DNA of 60,150 nt, the filler included, from Jimgerdemannia flammicorona (taxonomy: Eukaryota): the NCBI GenBank assembly GCA_003990765.1. It is 3 parts of 3 records of this genome, joined end to end, with 100 filler letters (N's around TTAATTAATTAA, not from the genome) between each part and the next. Parts side by side here need not be neighbours in the genome. Positions count along the whole stretch, not along the records: positions 20,089 to 40,075 come from RBNJ01001787.1; positions 40,176 to 60,150 come from RBNJ01001788.1; 1 more part is not named here. The stretch is one strand, 5' to 3'. Below, in pieces: positions 37,681 through 51,035 of this stretch. The position numbers and the translations under genes were made by a program. Within the stretch, counting starts at the first letter, position 1, and every line of letters begins with the position of its first letter. The notes beneath the pieces were generated by a model. It searched no databases and was not told the DNA's origin. It saw nothing but the letters and a program-made list of their open reading frames with translations.

Positions 37681-38072
37681 TGGGGCCCCTGCTGCTGATA
37701 CAGCCATAGAAGATGCTCTTCCTATTTCCCCCTCCGCCTGCTTCTCCTCTGCCAATGTGTCTTTTGACACCCGGGTTAGCATTGAACTATCGTGCCAAAG
37801 ATTCCCGACTCATTCATAATAAACGAAAGGTAACTTTCTCTATTTCATTCCTATCAGTCTATTGTGTAATAAATTTATACAGCAATGTTGATACTCTGTA
37901 CACGCGCTCGTGCCAAACTATGATGTGATGAGTTACGAGAGAATGCGAATCCATTCGTGCACAAGGGCTTCCGCTGTCAACTATTTCCTCCTCATTCTCG
38001 CCACGAAATCCTCCCCGAGGACTTCCACCGTGGACCTGCCCATCCCACCTTCCAAACTAATCAGCAGCTTCG

Positions 38073-38838
38073 TTACTTGTCCCTGGGATATTCTAGCTCT
38101 TCGTACTTTCGCTTTGCAGATGCCGACACCGTCTTGAGCGCGTCCAGAAACCTTATGTGCTCCTTCCTAAACACTTCGTGCGCGTTCTTCTTGCTGATGA
38201 TCCCAACATCCCATTCCGTCGTGACCCGGGCTAATGGTTCGCTGTATTTCCCGACATGTGGAGCCTTCGAGACTTCGGCAGGGTAGTAGACGAGTATTCG
38301 GAGAACACCATTCTTGCACAGATCCAGCACCTTTTTCACGACAGGCCCATTTCGATCCTCGTCATGTAACTTTCCATTGCTGTCCCGGTAAAAGAGGTGA
38401 GGATCGGTGGTACCCAAAGCGGCTTCCAGTCCGTAAACAGCCGACCGGAGCCGGACTTGAACGAAGACGGGCACGATATTGCCATCGCGGAACTTGATGA
38501 AGAAGGTAAGGTCCGGTTCAGCGAGGTTTTCGGGTATGAAGAATGCTGCGCGTGTGTTCGAATCATCAGTCATGTAGTCCTCGAGCTTGTAATCTACCGA
38601 GGCGATCTTGACGACAGGTACAATGGGAGAAGAGGATCGAATGATGGTGGCTGTTTGCCTGTAGAATTTTGGGAAATTCTTGATTTTATTCAGAAAGGGC
38701 AACTTGGCGACTATCTGGATATCCGTGGAAATGTGATATTCAGGTCAATATTTAAACTAAACAAGTGGGTTCATGGAACAGTGAATTGCTATACCTTGCT
38801 GCAATCGAACATTGCCACGAATTCTTCGGGCAAAAGTA
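38073..38838 (-). pseudogene. 3' fragment of a Crinkler (CRN)-type gene with a PD-(D/E)xK restriction-endonuclease-like domain
   Basis: FFIPENLAEPDLTFF...VFVQVRL...ALGTTDP..FY motif; one GT-AG intron (~38714-38793) joining LLPEEFVAMFDCSK|IVAKLPFL; CpG-rich; 5' part replaced by LINE sequence. Confidence 0.6.
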
Positions 38839-40070
38839 TACTCACTGGACTCCCTGCATGGGCACATCCTCTACCACCCTGCCCCTTGAAGCTGGACCCC
38901 ATCTCATAAGAGGCATAGGGGTCAGGAATGGCTCCCAGACCTCAAAGGTACCATCCACATAAGAGTCATGTCCCTTCTCCTCCTCTCCCACTTCTGGCCC
39001 CTTCTCTGTATTCTCACCATCATCATTGGCCCAGATGCTCTCCTTGGCTCCCCCCACAATTTCAATGCTACCAGTATTCTTTTTTGCTCTACTTTCCAGG
39101 TTTGCCAACAGCTCTCTCTGTCTCTTATGTCTTTGGGACCTTTCCCACCACCTCTTATCTATCTAAATCCCATTTCTATCTACTACTTCCAAATGTGTCA
39201 ACTCAACATATATGTATCTTCCAAGCCATAGCCCTCTGCTCCACAGCACCACTCAGCTCCTCTGGTGCCTCTAACAGATTCTCTTCCTCCTTCTCACTCC
39301 CCTTTACCCTAGACACTTTGCACAAGAAAGCCCCCCAGACCATCACTGAAGGCCAGTCCCTAGCCTTCTCAATAACTTCCTTCCCTGCTAACCGAATTTG
39401 AACATCTATATCCCCAGTCCTGAATGAGGTCCCCTCCCAGACCTGGAACCCAACATCAATCACCTCACCATACTCAGCCATAACTTCCTCAACTCTCCTC
39501 CTTGTCTCCTCAGTAGTCACCATGGACACCCCTTTTATCAGCAACTGCATCATCCTGGGGTCCCACCTCAAGCAGCATACCATCAGAATACACATCTCTC
39601 CAACCATCAACCCAGCCTTCAGCATCTCCTCCAATAGTCCAGCCTCCTCAAAGCCAACCTCCACTCCTTCCAGTCCCTTCAAGAACTTCATGGATACAGC
39701 TCTAGCCACCTGCTTAGCAATTAGCCCCAGCACTATTTTCACCATCACTACTAAGCCCCTGAAGCACAACATTACTGTAAATTCTGAGATTGACTTCTTG
39801 AGTAATGGGGCCACCATCAGGCCTGTTACACCATCTGCCAGGTCCCCTATCTATCCAAGCCCCATTCTCTCAGCCCTACCATCAGCAGTCATATCTGGAT
39901 TTTTTTCCAGATTGGCAGTCTCACTGCCATCAGCCATCACACTTGCCCCAGCCACTATACCTCTAGCTCTACTTCCCCTACTGCTAAAGGCTGCCCCCTC
40001 CTGCCCAGTTACTGTTGCTGCCTCCTTGCCCCTCCTCAGCCAGCCCTTTAGCTCAGATACCAGCTGTTCT
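38839..40070 (-). mobile_element. LINE ORF1 fragment
   Basis: ORF 39203-39817 APLLKKSISEFTVMLCFRGL... homologous to ORF1; ends at an assembly gap. Confidence 0.85.
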
Positions 40071-40175
40071 TTTTTNNNNNNNNNNNNNNNNNNNNNNNNN
40101 NNNNNNNNNNNNNNNNNNNTTAATTAATTAANNNNNNNNNNNNNNNNNNNNNNNNNNNNNNNNNNNNNNNNNNNN

Positions 40176-41607
40176 ATCCAACTTCTGCTCCCATACTTCA
40201 AAGGTACTGTCAGCATATGGATCCTTGTCCACATCTTCCCAGCCCCTGCCACAATCACCTCCACCTCCTCTCCTCCTTTGCCAGCCCAGACACTGGCTTT
40301 GACACCCCCTGACTCCTCCACTCCAACCAACTTCTCCTTCACCCCTCCTATCATACTTGCCAACAGCTCCTTCTGTCTCTTGCATCCCTGGGCCCACTCC
40401 CACTACTTCATGTCAGTATAGATATACTTCCCATCCACAACCTCCAGATATGTTGACTCCTCATATAGCTTCCAGGCCTTCGCCCTTCTCCCCACAGCAC
40501 CACTCAGCTCCTCCAGCACCTCTAACAAGTTCTCCTCCTCCTCTTCACTCTCTTTCACCCTCAACACCTTACGGATGAAGGCCCCCCACATCAGCACTAA
40601 GGGCCAGTCACTTGTCTTCCCTGTGGTCTCCTTCTCTACCAGCTGAATCCTGACATCAACATCTCTCATCTGGAATGTCATCCCCTCCCACATCTGAAAG
40701 CCAACATCCACAATATCACCATACTCTACCATCACCTCCTCCACCCTCCTCCTAGTCTCCTCCTTAGTCACCATGGGCACCCCCCTCACCAGAAGCTGCA
40801 CCACCCTGGGGTCCCACCTCAAGCACCTTGCCATGGGAACTACCACCTCCCTAACTACTACTCCAGTCTTCAGAGCCTCATCCAGTGGGCCCACCTCCTC
40901 AAAGGCCACCTCAACCCCCTCCAGACCCTTCAAGAACTTCACTGAGGCTGCTCCAACCACCTGCTTCAAAATAAGCCCCAGGACCATCCTCACCATCACT
41001 GCCAAGCCCTGGAAGCACAAGGTAGCCACGAACTTCGAGATTGACTTCTTGAGCAATGGGGCCACCACCAGTCCCATTACACCATCCACCAGGTCCCCCT
41101 TCTACATCGGGAACCCCTGCCCCCCCTGGCCATCAGCTGTCACATCTCTTTTTTTTTCCTGATTCACCATTATACTACCATCAGCAGTCCTGCCACTACC
41201 CCCAGCAGCTACTCCACTCCCTCCACCTCCCATCAGTGAAGGCCCCACTCCCTAGCATCCCCAACCTTCTGCTTCCCTTTTCCTCCTGCCTGTCCACTGC
41301 AGGCTCCCATCAGCCAACCCCCAGTCCTCAGTGTATCTGCAAAGCTCCTTCTCTGCTGCCCTGCAGCCCCCCACTAGCACCACCTCTACTGCCCAAGCTG
41401 TTCTGTCCACTTGAGCCACTGAAAGACCCCATCTCCAGTCTATACCCTCTCCTGACCTGCTGCCAGTTGAAGGCCCCAGGTCCACCTGACCTAGTATGCA
41501 TGTCAGCTTACTTCCTGGTTGATATTGCATTAATATATTTCTCCAATAAACTAGTTGAAAGTGTGTCAGAAAAGTGTGTGTAACGTGAATTGTAGTAGAG
41601 AGAGATG
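40176..41607 (-). mobile_element. LINE 5' half (ORF1 fragment with 5' leader)
   Basis: ORF 40403-41089 homologous to ORF1; leader CATCTCTCTCTAC...ATTCACGTTACACA. Confidence 0.85.
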
Positions 41608-42429
41608 ATATTTTGACTCAATTCAGTCACTGAGAAGGATGTCAATCCTTTGCTCAAAATTAATGATCTTTTTGACCAGCTACAAGATACCAGATACCTC
41701 AGCAGTATGGATCATTTTGTAGGATTCCACAAGATCCCCATAGACTTTAAGAACATTCAGAAAACATCCTTTCTTACTCTAGAAAAACTGTTTGAATACC
41801 TCTAAATGCCCTTTGGACTTTGCAATTCCCCTTCCACCTTCCAGAGAATCATGAAATCAGTCTATGCCCTCTTGATCTACCACTATCTAATTGTATACAT
41901 AGATGATTCCAACATCTATTCAGAAAATTTCAAGATATACCTACACTATCTAGAAGAATTCTTCAAGCACATCCACAAGAACCATCTGAGACTCAATGCC
42001 AGGAAATGCTACTTTGGAAAACAGAAACTTAGATTTCTTAGATTTATAGATTTAAAAGAAATCTATGTAGATTAAAGAAAATGAAGAAGATCAACAATTG
42101 GCCAATACTCAAGACTCTGAAGGAAATACTATCATTTCTGATACTAGTATTCTATATAGAAGGTTTTTCAAGGACTTTGCCCAAATTGCTGCTCCAATCT
42201 GAATCCTTCTCAAGAAAGGAGTACCTTATAAATAGATGGAATCACAAGAGAAAGCTTTCAAAGAACTCATGCACTGTATGACCATAGCACCAATCCTTGT
42301 TCAGCCCAATCTATAGAAGCCATTTATCTTATATAGAGATGCCCCAGCACCTTTCACCAGTAACATTCGGGTGACACAAGACTCAGACAACACTTTTTAC
42401 AACGTTTTTGGTGTCCGACAACTAACAAC

Positions 42430-44346
42430 ATGGACGGCAATGATCGATCTGGTGAGAATACTGGCCAGGGGGGTGACGGCACCTTTGGCTGGCAGCAGGT
42501 GGGGAGGAGGGGAGATGGTTTAGGGATGCCAGGGGCCTTGATGGCTAGCCGTGGCCCCAGTGGCAGAGGGAGGGGAGGTCTGCGGCAGAGAGGAGGGGAG
42601 AGGACGACCTTTGCTGACAAGGTCAGGATGGGGAAGATGGCTTCTGGGCTGGATAGTTGGCTGGGCCTGGGGAAGGCATCAATGGCTAATGCTGGGGGTC
42701 AGGGAGGTGCACCCCAGGGTACTTCTGGTGGTAGGGAAGGGGCCGGAGTAGGGGCTGGAGATGTGACTGTTGATGGGGCTGTGACTGGGGATCTGGCAAA
42801 AAATCCAGATGTGATGGCAGTTGGCAATTCGGGACTTGGAGTGGGCACGAGGCCTGGGGACCTGGCGGATGGGGTGACGGGCATGGTGTCGGCCCCGTTA
42901 CTCAAGAAGTCGAGGTCCGAATTCACGGTCATGATGTGCTTCCGGGGCTTGGCAGTAACGGTGAGGATGATTTTGGGGCTGGTGGCACAAGAGGCTAAGG
43001 GAGCAGCATCGGTGAAGTTCTTGAGAGGAAAGGAAGGGGTTGAGGTGGGGTTTGAGAAGGAAGATGCCTTGTTGGCAGCCATGGAGAAGGGGGTGATGGT
43101 TGGTGGGGTTGTGGTCCCTATGGCCCAGTGTATGTGCTGGGACCCCCGGATGGTGCAGTTGATGGTGTTGGACCTTTCCACGGTGTCAAAGGAAAGGACC
43201 AGGGAGTTGGTGGTGGAGGCGATCAAGGAGTATGGTGAGATTGTGGATGTTGGGTTCAAGGTCTGGGAGGGCACGGAGCTTAGAACTGGAGACGTTGATA
43301 TCAGGGTGAGACTGGCTGGAAAGGAGAATACGGGGAAGTCGAGGGACTGGCCGGCGGTGCTGAGGTGGGGACTGGTGGAGTGTAAGGTCACTAGGGTGAA
43401 GGGAACTCAGGAGGAGGAGGAGGACTTGTTGGAGGCTCTAGAGGACCTGGAAGGGGCAGTTGCGAGGAGGAGATTAGCTTGGAAGGAGTTTGAGGCCAGG
43501 ACAGTGGTGGGGGAGGTGGATGGGAAGAGAGTTCGGATGGAGAAGGGGGCCTGGGAGAAGATGCAGGGGAGGAGGATCCAGAAGGAATTGTTAGCGAAGA
43601 TGGGCGGGGGTAGGGCTGGTGGAAGCTCCGGGGAGGGGGCCGCAGGGTTGCAGGAGAGCGCCTGGGCTGAAGGGGGTGAGATGGCCCAGGGCGGGGCTCA
43701 GGTTGGAGTCGGGGAGGAGAGGGAGGATAACTTGGAGGTGGATACTGAAATGGGCGAAGGTGGGCGACCTCAGTATAGTGTTCCGAATGGGGCAGGAGGC
43801 GAGGAGGAGCTGATGGATGTGCCAGATGAAGAGTGGGATGAGTCAGTGAGGAGGAGCGTGCTGGTAGACCCTGAGGTGGATGGGGGGCAGATTGCTCAGG
43901 GGGCAGCGGAGGCGGTTGATGAGGAGAAGTGGATGTGGAAGACTCTGGAAGGGGTAGCGGCTGAGGAGCTGGGGGGTGAGGACTTCAGGGTGATGGAGGA
44001 GAGGCATTGGGAAGAGATTCTACGTGGGGAAGAGGTGCCAAGGAAGATGAGGAATGAGATCCTGGCTGTCCTCCTGGAGTCTGTTGAGTATCAGGTTGAT
44101 GATCAGCGAGAGGAGGAGCTTAGAAGGATTGCGAGCGACAGGGCACTTGTCTTGTAGAACTCGAGGAAGGGACTGGAGAAGTGGTGCGCAGTCTGCTTGG
44201 ACTACAGGGCTGATATGGAGGAGGTGGACAGGGTGGAGTGTCAGGAGATCTTGGGGGCACTGGATGCTCAGGATATTGCGGAGGGTGAATTTGAAGCTGA
44301 GCAGCTCTTGGACTTAGCGAGGGATGAGATGAGCATGGTATTATAG
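42430..44346 (+). pseudogene. LINE ORF1 (638 codons, one TGG-to-TAG stop at 44155-44157)
   Basis: 575-aa ORF continues in frame to TAG at 44344-44346; copy A has Trp at the stop. Confidence 0.88.
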
Positions 44347-44377
44347 GTTGGAATCTCTTCTACAATATCTACCCAAT

Positions 44378-47300
44378 ATGAACAGTACAACTAGGATATT
44401 CTCATTGAACATTAATGGGCTACAGGGGGCAGCTAGGAGGAAGTACATTTTTGGTTGGCTTTGGGATCTGGATGCAGACCTCTTCTTGTTACAGGATGTT
44501 TGGTATGAGGCAGATGTGGATTTACAGGATTGGACTAAGGAATGGGGGGTGCAGCAGTTTGGAGGGGGAAAGTGAGTATTCTTGTTCGGAAAGGGATGGG
44601 GTACATTGGGGACATTGGACATTGGGGGTCGCGTGTGGTGTGGGGAGTATGGAAGAGGCCTGGATGGGGCTCACTGACAGTTGGGTCTTGCTACTACCTG
44701 GCTGAGAGAGGGGAGAGGGTGGATTGGATTCGTAGTTTGAAAGAGGCTGGATTATTGGGAGAAGTTGGGTTTGACTGTATGGGGGGGGACTTCAACATGG
44801 TGCGAGATAAGGAGTTGGACAGAACTGATGGAGGGAGAGGCATGTGAGGTGAGAGTGGTGGATTGGCAGACTGGTTGGAGACAGAAAGGTTGTGTTCTTT
44901 AGTGGACTCAGGGAGATATTTTTGGGCAGATCGGCAGGTGTATACCCATTGGGCAGCAGGACTGGGCTCTAGGATTGACTGGGTTCTAACGGCAGAGTGT
45001 TGGGGAGTGGATGTTTGGATGGCGCTGGGAGTCATATGGTGTCCATGGTCTGATTACTGGGGGCTGCTTGGAGGGGGGAGGTTTGGGGGAAATGAGGATG
45101 GGCCCGGACATTGGTGGCTAAACTCTTCCTTGTTGGAGGATAGGACATTGTGGGAGGGTTGGGAAACAGAGGTGGTTGGTGATATTGGCAGGTGGCGGGA
45201 TCAAGGACTGGCAATTGGGGACCGCTGGAGGAGGTTGAAGGTGAAGGCTCAGGGGTATTGGAGGGAAGCGGGGAAAGGAAAGAGTGCTCAGTGAAGGCAG
45301 TGGGTGATGTGGGCCTCACGGCGTTTGGCGGTGCTCATGGAGAGATGGGCGGTTATGCTGGAGGATAGGGCTGAGGCTGATTGGCATATTGCGAGAATTA
45401 GGCAGGAGGTGGAGGAGCTCAAAGGGGTGCTATGAAGGGAGGAAGAGGAACAACTGCAGGGGATGGTGGCCCACTTGCGATGGCAAGGGCTTGAGGAAGG
45501 GGAGAGACCTACCAGGTTCTTGTCACGGTTGTTACAAGCACGACGAACGAGGCAGCAGTGGGAGGGAGTTTTGGACAAGGATGGCGAGCTAGTGGTGGGG
45601 ACCCCGGCGATTTTGGAAATATTGCATTCCCAGTGGGGGAACCTTTGGAGTGAGGATGAAGGGGGACTGGATGCTCTGGACATTGAAAGGCAGCTGGGGG
45701 ATTGGCACCTGGACCCTGCCGTGGGTCTTGGGGCATTGGGGGACCCAGTGAGTGGCAAGGAGATTTGCAAGGTAGTGGCATCTACAAGTAAAAGGACAAC
45801 CCCGGGAGAGGATGGACTCCCCTGGGATTTTTGGCAGAAGATGACAGGGGTGCATGAGGTACTAGAGGAAATGAGGGCTATGTGTGATGAAGTTCTTCGG
45901 TCTGGTGCCTGGATTGGGGGACAGCACTTGGGGCTGGTCTCCTTGCTTTATAAGACCAAGGGCAGGAGGGAGGATTGGAAGAACTGGCGGCCAATCATGC
46001 TTCTGGACATGGACCACAAACTGGTGATGAAGATCGTGGTGTTGTGGTTGCAAGGGATTGCGCAACAGGTGCTTGGATTGGAGCAATGTGGGTTTGTCGG
46101 AGGTCAGTTGATTCGAGATGGGACGGCCTGGATTCATGGAGTGATTAAAGGTGCCCGGGCTACAGGGGTAGATGGCAGATTGGTATTTCTGGACCAGGAG
46201 AAGGCTTATGATAGAGTGCGGAGAATATGGCTGGAGGGAGTGCTGAAGCGGATTGGTATCCCCCCAGGGTTTCGAGGTTCATTGGTCAGCCTTTTGGAGG
46301 ACAGTCAGGCGGCATTGGTCTTAATGGCCACCGGGGGGTGACCTTCCCCCTGGGCTGTGGGGTGCCACAAGGGGACCCCTTGTCACCCATATTGTATGCC
46401 CTTTCCCTGGAGCCACTACTGGACAGGATTCAGTATAAGATTGGTGGCTTGGACATTTTAGGGGTGAACTGGAAGGTGGGGGCCTTTGCTGATGATATGG
46501 TGGTCGGGCTGGATTCCTTGGGGGATGTTGGAGAGTTGCAGAGGACAGTGGAATGGTACGAGCAGGGTTCTGGTGCTAAACTGAACTGGCACAAATGTGA
46601 GACACTGATGCTGGGCACTGGGATTGTTGGTGGTGATGTTATTGGGATGGTGGTTCCGGCTGGTGAACCGGTGCGCTACTTGGGGATCTACTTCTCAGTG
46701 TTCGGATCTCTTCTTCCCCGGGCATGGTGGGACCATAAACTGCTGGAGTGGGGTGATGTCTTGATGCGATGGGGAGGCTGGCATATGTCCCTTGCCGGAA
46801 GGGTGATGGTGTTGAATGTGTACTGGATGCCGAAACTGTGGTATGTTGGGTATCATTTGGATTTCCCACCGTGGGTGGTTAAGGGGTTGTTGAAGATGGC
46901 AAGGTTGTGGATCTGGGGAGGGCGGCGGAGCCAGGTTGGTTGGGAGGTGCTCACACTGCCCTTGGAGAGAGGTGGACTGGGCTTAGTGGACTTTACTAAG
47001 CGGCTTTTATGTCTGAGGGCTTGGTGGCTGAGGAGGGCAAGTGAGCTTTGAGATCGGGAGTGGGTGCCACTCATGCAGAGGCTGTGGGAGGTTCGATACT
47101 CCCCACGTGGTGGCTCTGGTGACCTGCTTGCAATGGTGGCCATGGAAGGGAGCCAGAGGATGTGGTTTACAGGCTTTTGGTGGGGAGCGGTGGATGGTGC
47201 TAAGAAAATCGGCCTTCGGTGGCAAGGTGATGAGACCGAGGAGGTTTGGGGACCGCAGATGTGGAGATGGAACAGGCTTCTATTGGGTGGTGTTCTGGTG

Positions 47301-48038
47301 GAAGACTTTCAGCTTGCTGAGGGTCTGGAGTGCCTGCGAGGCCTAGGTGGAGACCTGTGGCCTGAAGCCTGGCAGAGGGTTGGAATCGGGGAAGAGTGGG
47401 ATTGGAATGGGCTCTGGCTTTGGAGCAAATGGGTGAGGCAGTGGCTGCCCCCCAAGTTCTGGTTGGCATGGTGGCAGGTCCTTCAGCGGAATGTGATGCT
47501 GAACTATCGGTCTGGTCACTTGGTGGACAGTGGGGTTTTCGAGTGCGAGGATTGTTTCAATGTTGGTCAGGAGGGAGGGGTGGTACAAATGCCAGAACAT
47601 TGGCTTGGCGAGTGTGAGGTTTTGGGGGAGTTCTGGAAATGTATTATGGACAGGTTAGGGTTGGGGGCTGGGGGAGGGGAGGGAGGGGGGAGATGGGGAG
47701 AGCTTCACCGGCGGTTAGTGGGTGGGGTTGGGGACAAATGGCTGACCCTTGATTGGGCCTTGGCTATGTGGGTTGGGTTGGCAGGGCATTGGGTGTATGT
47801 ATTTGAGGACGGGCATTGGGTTGGGGTTGGAGAGAAGGTGGCATGGTGGGAATGGCTGCTGTTGGACATTTTAAACAGCTGGTGGCAGGGTTGGGGTCTG
47901 GGTGGGGGGTACCACAGGAGTTTGGTGCAGTATATCTCCCAGAAGAGTGGTGGGAGGGTTCGGGTCATGGGTGATAAGGTGGTGCTTGGGCAGGGGGAGG
48001 TTGAGAGTGAGGGGTTGGGCCCCTGGGGCATTGGTTGA
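44378..48038 (+). pseudogene. LINE ORF2 (APE-RT-CCHC), with stops and frameshifts
   Basis: LNING, GGDFN, SRIDW, NWRPI, LDQEKAYD, GVPQGDPLSP, AFADD, YLGI, CEDC...EHWLGEC. Confidence 0.92.
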
Positions 48039-48105
48039 AGGGGTGGGTGTCATTATATTGTTGGTACTATAGACTTCGGTAATAAAGGGCAGTCCAAGAG
48101 ACTAT

Positions 48106-48136
<31 letters not shown>

Positions 48137-50965
48137 GAGATGCCTCCAATAATGAGAAGAATCTGACCAACAGTACTATATAATAGCTTATACAAGCTGA
48201 GCTACCAATCAGCAGCAAGCCAACTATGGTAATACCAAATTGGAATGCCTTGTAGTTATATGAGTAGTTACTCTGTTCAAGTATTATCTCATCAGAAAAA
48301 GGTTCACCTGGATAACTGATCATGTAGCCCTCAAATGGCTATTTAACTATAAGAAATCTACTGGAATATTTGTCTACTGGATCCTTATCCTCAAGAATTA
48401 CAAAATCACTATTATCCACAAAGCAGAAAAAGCTCACAACAATGTTGATATACTTTCACACCAACTCTAATAAATCAGAAGAAGGATGTATCAAGGAACT
48501 ACACCCTAAAGAAAGCTCCTCAGACCATCAAAACACAAGAAGATCTTATCTAAAAAGAATACCAGAAAGCTCACTAAGGATAGACAAATATAGAAGAAAA
48601 GATACAAACAATATATCAACATTAGCCTAATCTCGGAACACAAGTTCAAGACATACTCAAGAAATGTGACACCTGCCAGAAGTACCAAGGAAGGAAGAAC
48701 TATCAAGCACCACTACAACTAATTATACTATCAGATAATATCTTTCAGAGATGGGGAGTAGATGTTATTAGATCTCTACAAGTTATATCAAAAAGGAATA
48801 AACATATCCTTATGTTTGTAGAATATCTGACCAAGTAGCCTGAAGCTTTTCCAATTGAAATCACAGATACCTTTACCATCATAGACCTCCTCCATGAACT
48901 CACACTCAGATATAGACCTCTAGAAGAATTTATATCTGACTAAGTAATAAATTCATCATTAATATAATCATAAGTTATGCCTAAATTTACAAGATCCACC
49001 TTAAATAAACTACATCATACTACCCTCAGAGCAATGGTATGATAGAATGAATGGACCAAACCATCAAGAAAGGACTTGTCTGAGTCAATCCTACCAACTG
49101 GGACCTCTGCTTATCTAAGATCCTATGGAAAATTCAGAATACCTCTGCTGCCTTCACCAAACAAAAGCCCTTTGAGATGATGTTTGCTAAGAAAACCAGA
49201 ACTACTGACAATGTGAATCTCAGATATCTCTTCAAGAAGGTAGAATAGTTATATAATCAAGCATGAGTTCAGATCATCAAGGCCCAAGAGAGACAAAAGA
49301 AGTACTATGATCAGAAGCAGAAGGATCAAAAGATCCAGATTGGAGATTAAGTATTAGTTTGGAGAAGTATGATTGAAACCAACTTTGCTACCAAACTGGA
49401 GCCTAAATGAGAAAGATCTTATCTTATACATAGCATCAGAAGAACTAGCATCTATTTCAAAAGTATAGATAGATGAACTATGAAAATACTAGTATATATC
49501 AACTACCTTAAGATATATCTCTCCCCTTATTATGAATCAGACAATTGACCAGTATCTCCAGACTCTTATTCTGATTCATTACAGTCACTTCCAGTTTCCC
49601 TTCCACAATTTCTGCTAAGCCAATAGAATCTCCTTCAATGAATCCAGATCCATCAAGAGAACCTCACCTTGGTCAGACCTTTATTATAAGTCCACCAACT
49701 ATAGGCCTATTATGCAATTTGAGAATAGTTGCAGAACCTTCTGGCTGCAGACCTAATCTACATCAGGAACTCCACTGGCCTGATCTGGAAAAACATCACT
49801 ACTGTAGACAGACTGTATACAATCTATAAATAAAATATCCCAGCACTGATATAGGTACAATTCTCTCTGAATGATATATAAAACATGAGTCCTGCTACCT
49901 ACTGAAGTATCATCAACCATGTTGAGATCTTATTTTCAGCAGAAGAAGAAGAATCTGTTAAATAGAGTGACTCTGATCCAAATGAAGATAATGGGTCAGA
50001 TATTGATGTTGAAGATGCTTATATACATTAAAGTGATAACCAAAGGATAGTCTAAGGACAGACCATTCTTTAGTGGGGGCTGATGATGAGCAGCAGAATT
50101 ATACTACTGAAATTGTAAATTAGTTACATACTATATCTAGTATACTAAGCAACCAAGACTACCTTACTGCACCAATCTGTATAATTAGTCAGAGATATTA
50201 GAAAGAGTATATATACCAGTACCAGTCAGGTACACTATACTGAGTGAGTATACTGTATCTATCCAGTACACCATACTGTCAAGGTACACCTACCATAAAT
50301 AGCAATCTATAATTAGCAATATAGTAACCAGATAGTAACCACAACTGTATAAAATACCTCAGAGATAAGAGTGAATAAACCTTAGTCTGAAATTCAAAGC
50401 AAAAGACAAGTCTGTCTATCACACTTCAAGAGGACCTCTATAGCTACTGCTAGTAGATTGTGAGCTTACTTTCTACTCTAGTCCACTTTCTGATACAAAG
50501 AACAAGTCAATTTTTAGTTCACATGCCAGATAAGCCTGAAGGTTTGCTGCCAATGTTTAAGTGAAGAACTTTACTGCCTTTTGAAGTAAAATCTACCACT
50601 CAAGGAAGAGCCACCATTTTCAAGAAGTCTGCCATCATTCAAGTTATCTGCCATTTCCAGAGAGCCCGCTATTCTTGCCACAAGCCAGTCTTCTGATACA
50701 ACTTTGCAGTGGAACCAGTCCATCTGACATAACCCTGTGCAAATGAAGCCAGTCTTTGATGTAACTTGCCCAAGAATCTGTGATCTATGCCATCTGAGTT
50801 ATTTCCCAGAAGAGCCGATTCAGGAAGAATTCTCACCACCCGAGTTATTTTTCCATTCCCAGTAAGCCTGATTCAGAAAGAATCTGCAACATCCGAGTTA
50901 TCTACATCATCCAAGTCACCCGAGTTATTTGAAATCATCAAGTTATCTGATATTCCCAGAAGCCC

Positions 50966-50967
50966 CA

Positions 50968-51033
<66 letters not shown>
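50966..51033 (+). mobile_element. Near-solo poly(A) retroposition (CATCT + 63 A) inside an LTR
   Basis: Perfect 17-bp TSD GATATTCCCAGAAGCCC at 50949-50965 and 51034-51050. Confidence 0.85.

Positions 51034-51035
<2 letters not shown>

Larger units (their letters stand above)
42344..48131 (+). mobile_element. Full-length L1/Tx1-like LINE (copy B)
   Basis: 13-bp TSD ATATAGAGATGCC (42331-42343, 48132-48144); AATAAA then ACTAT + poly(A); ORF1 + ORF2. Confidence 0.96.

Noticed and set aside
42331..42343. Sequence-specific LINE targeting of the Gypsy RNase H catalytic motif
   Set aside because: Other copies sit in unrelated targets (Copia RT, Gypsy IN, other LINEs, a DDE transposase) with no shared target sequence I can see.
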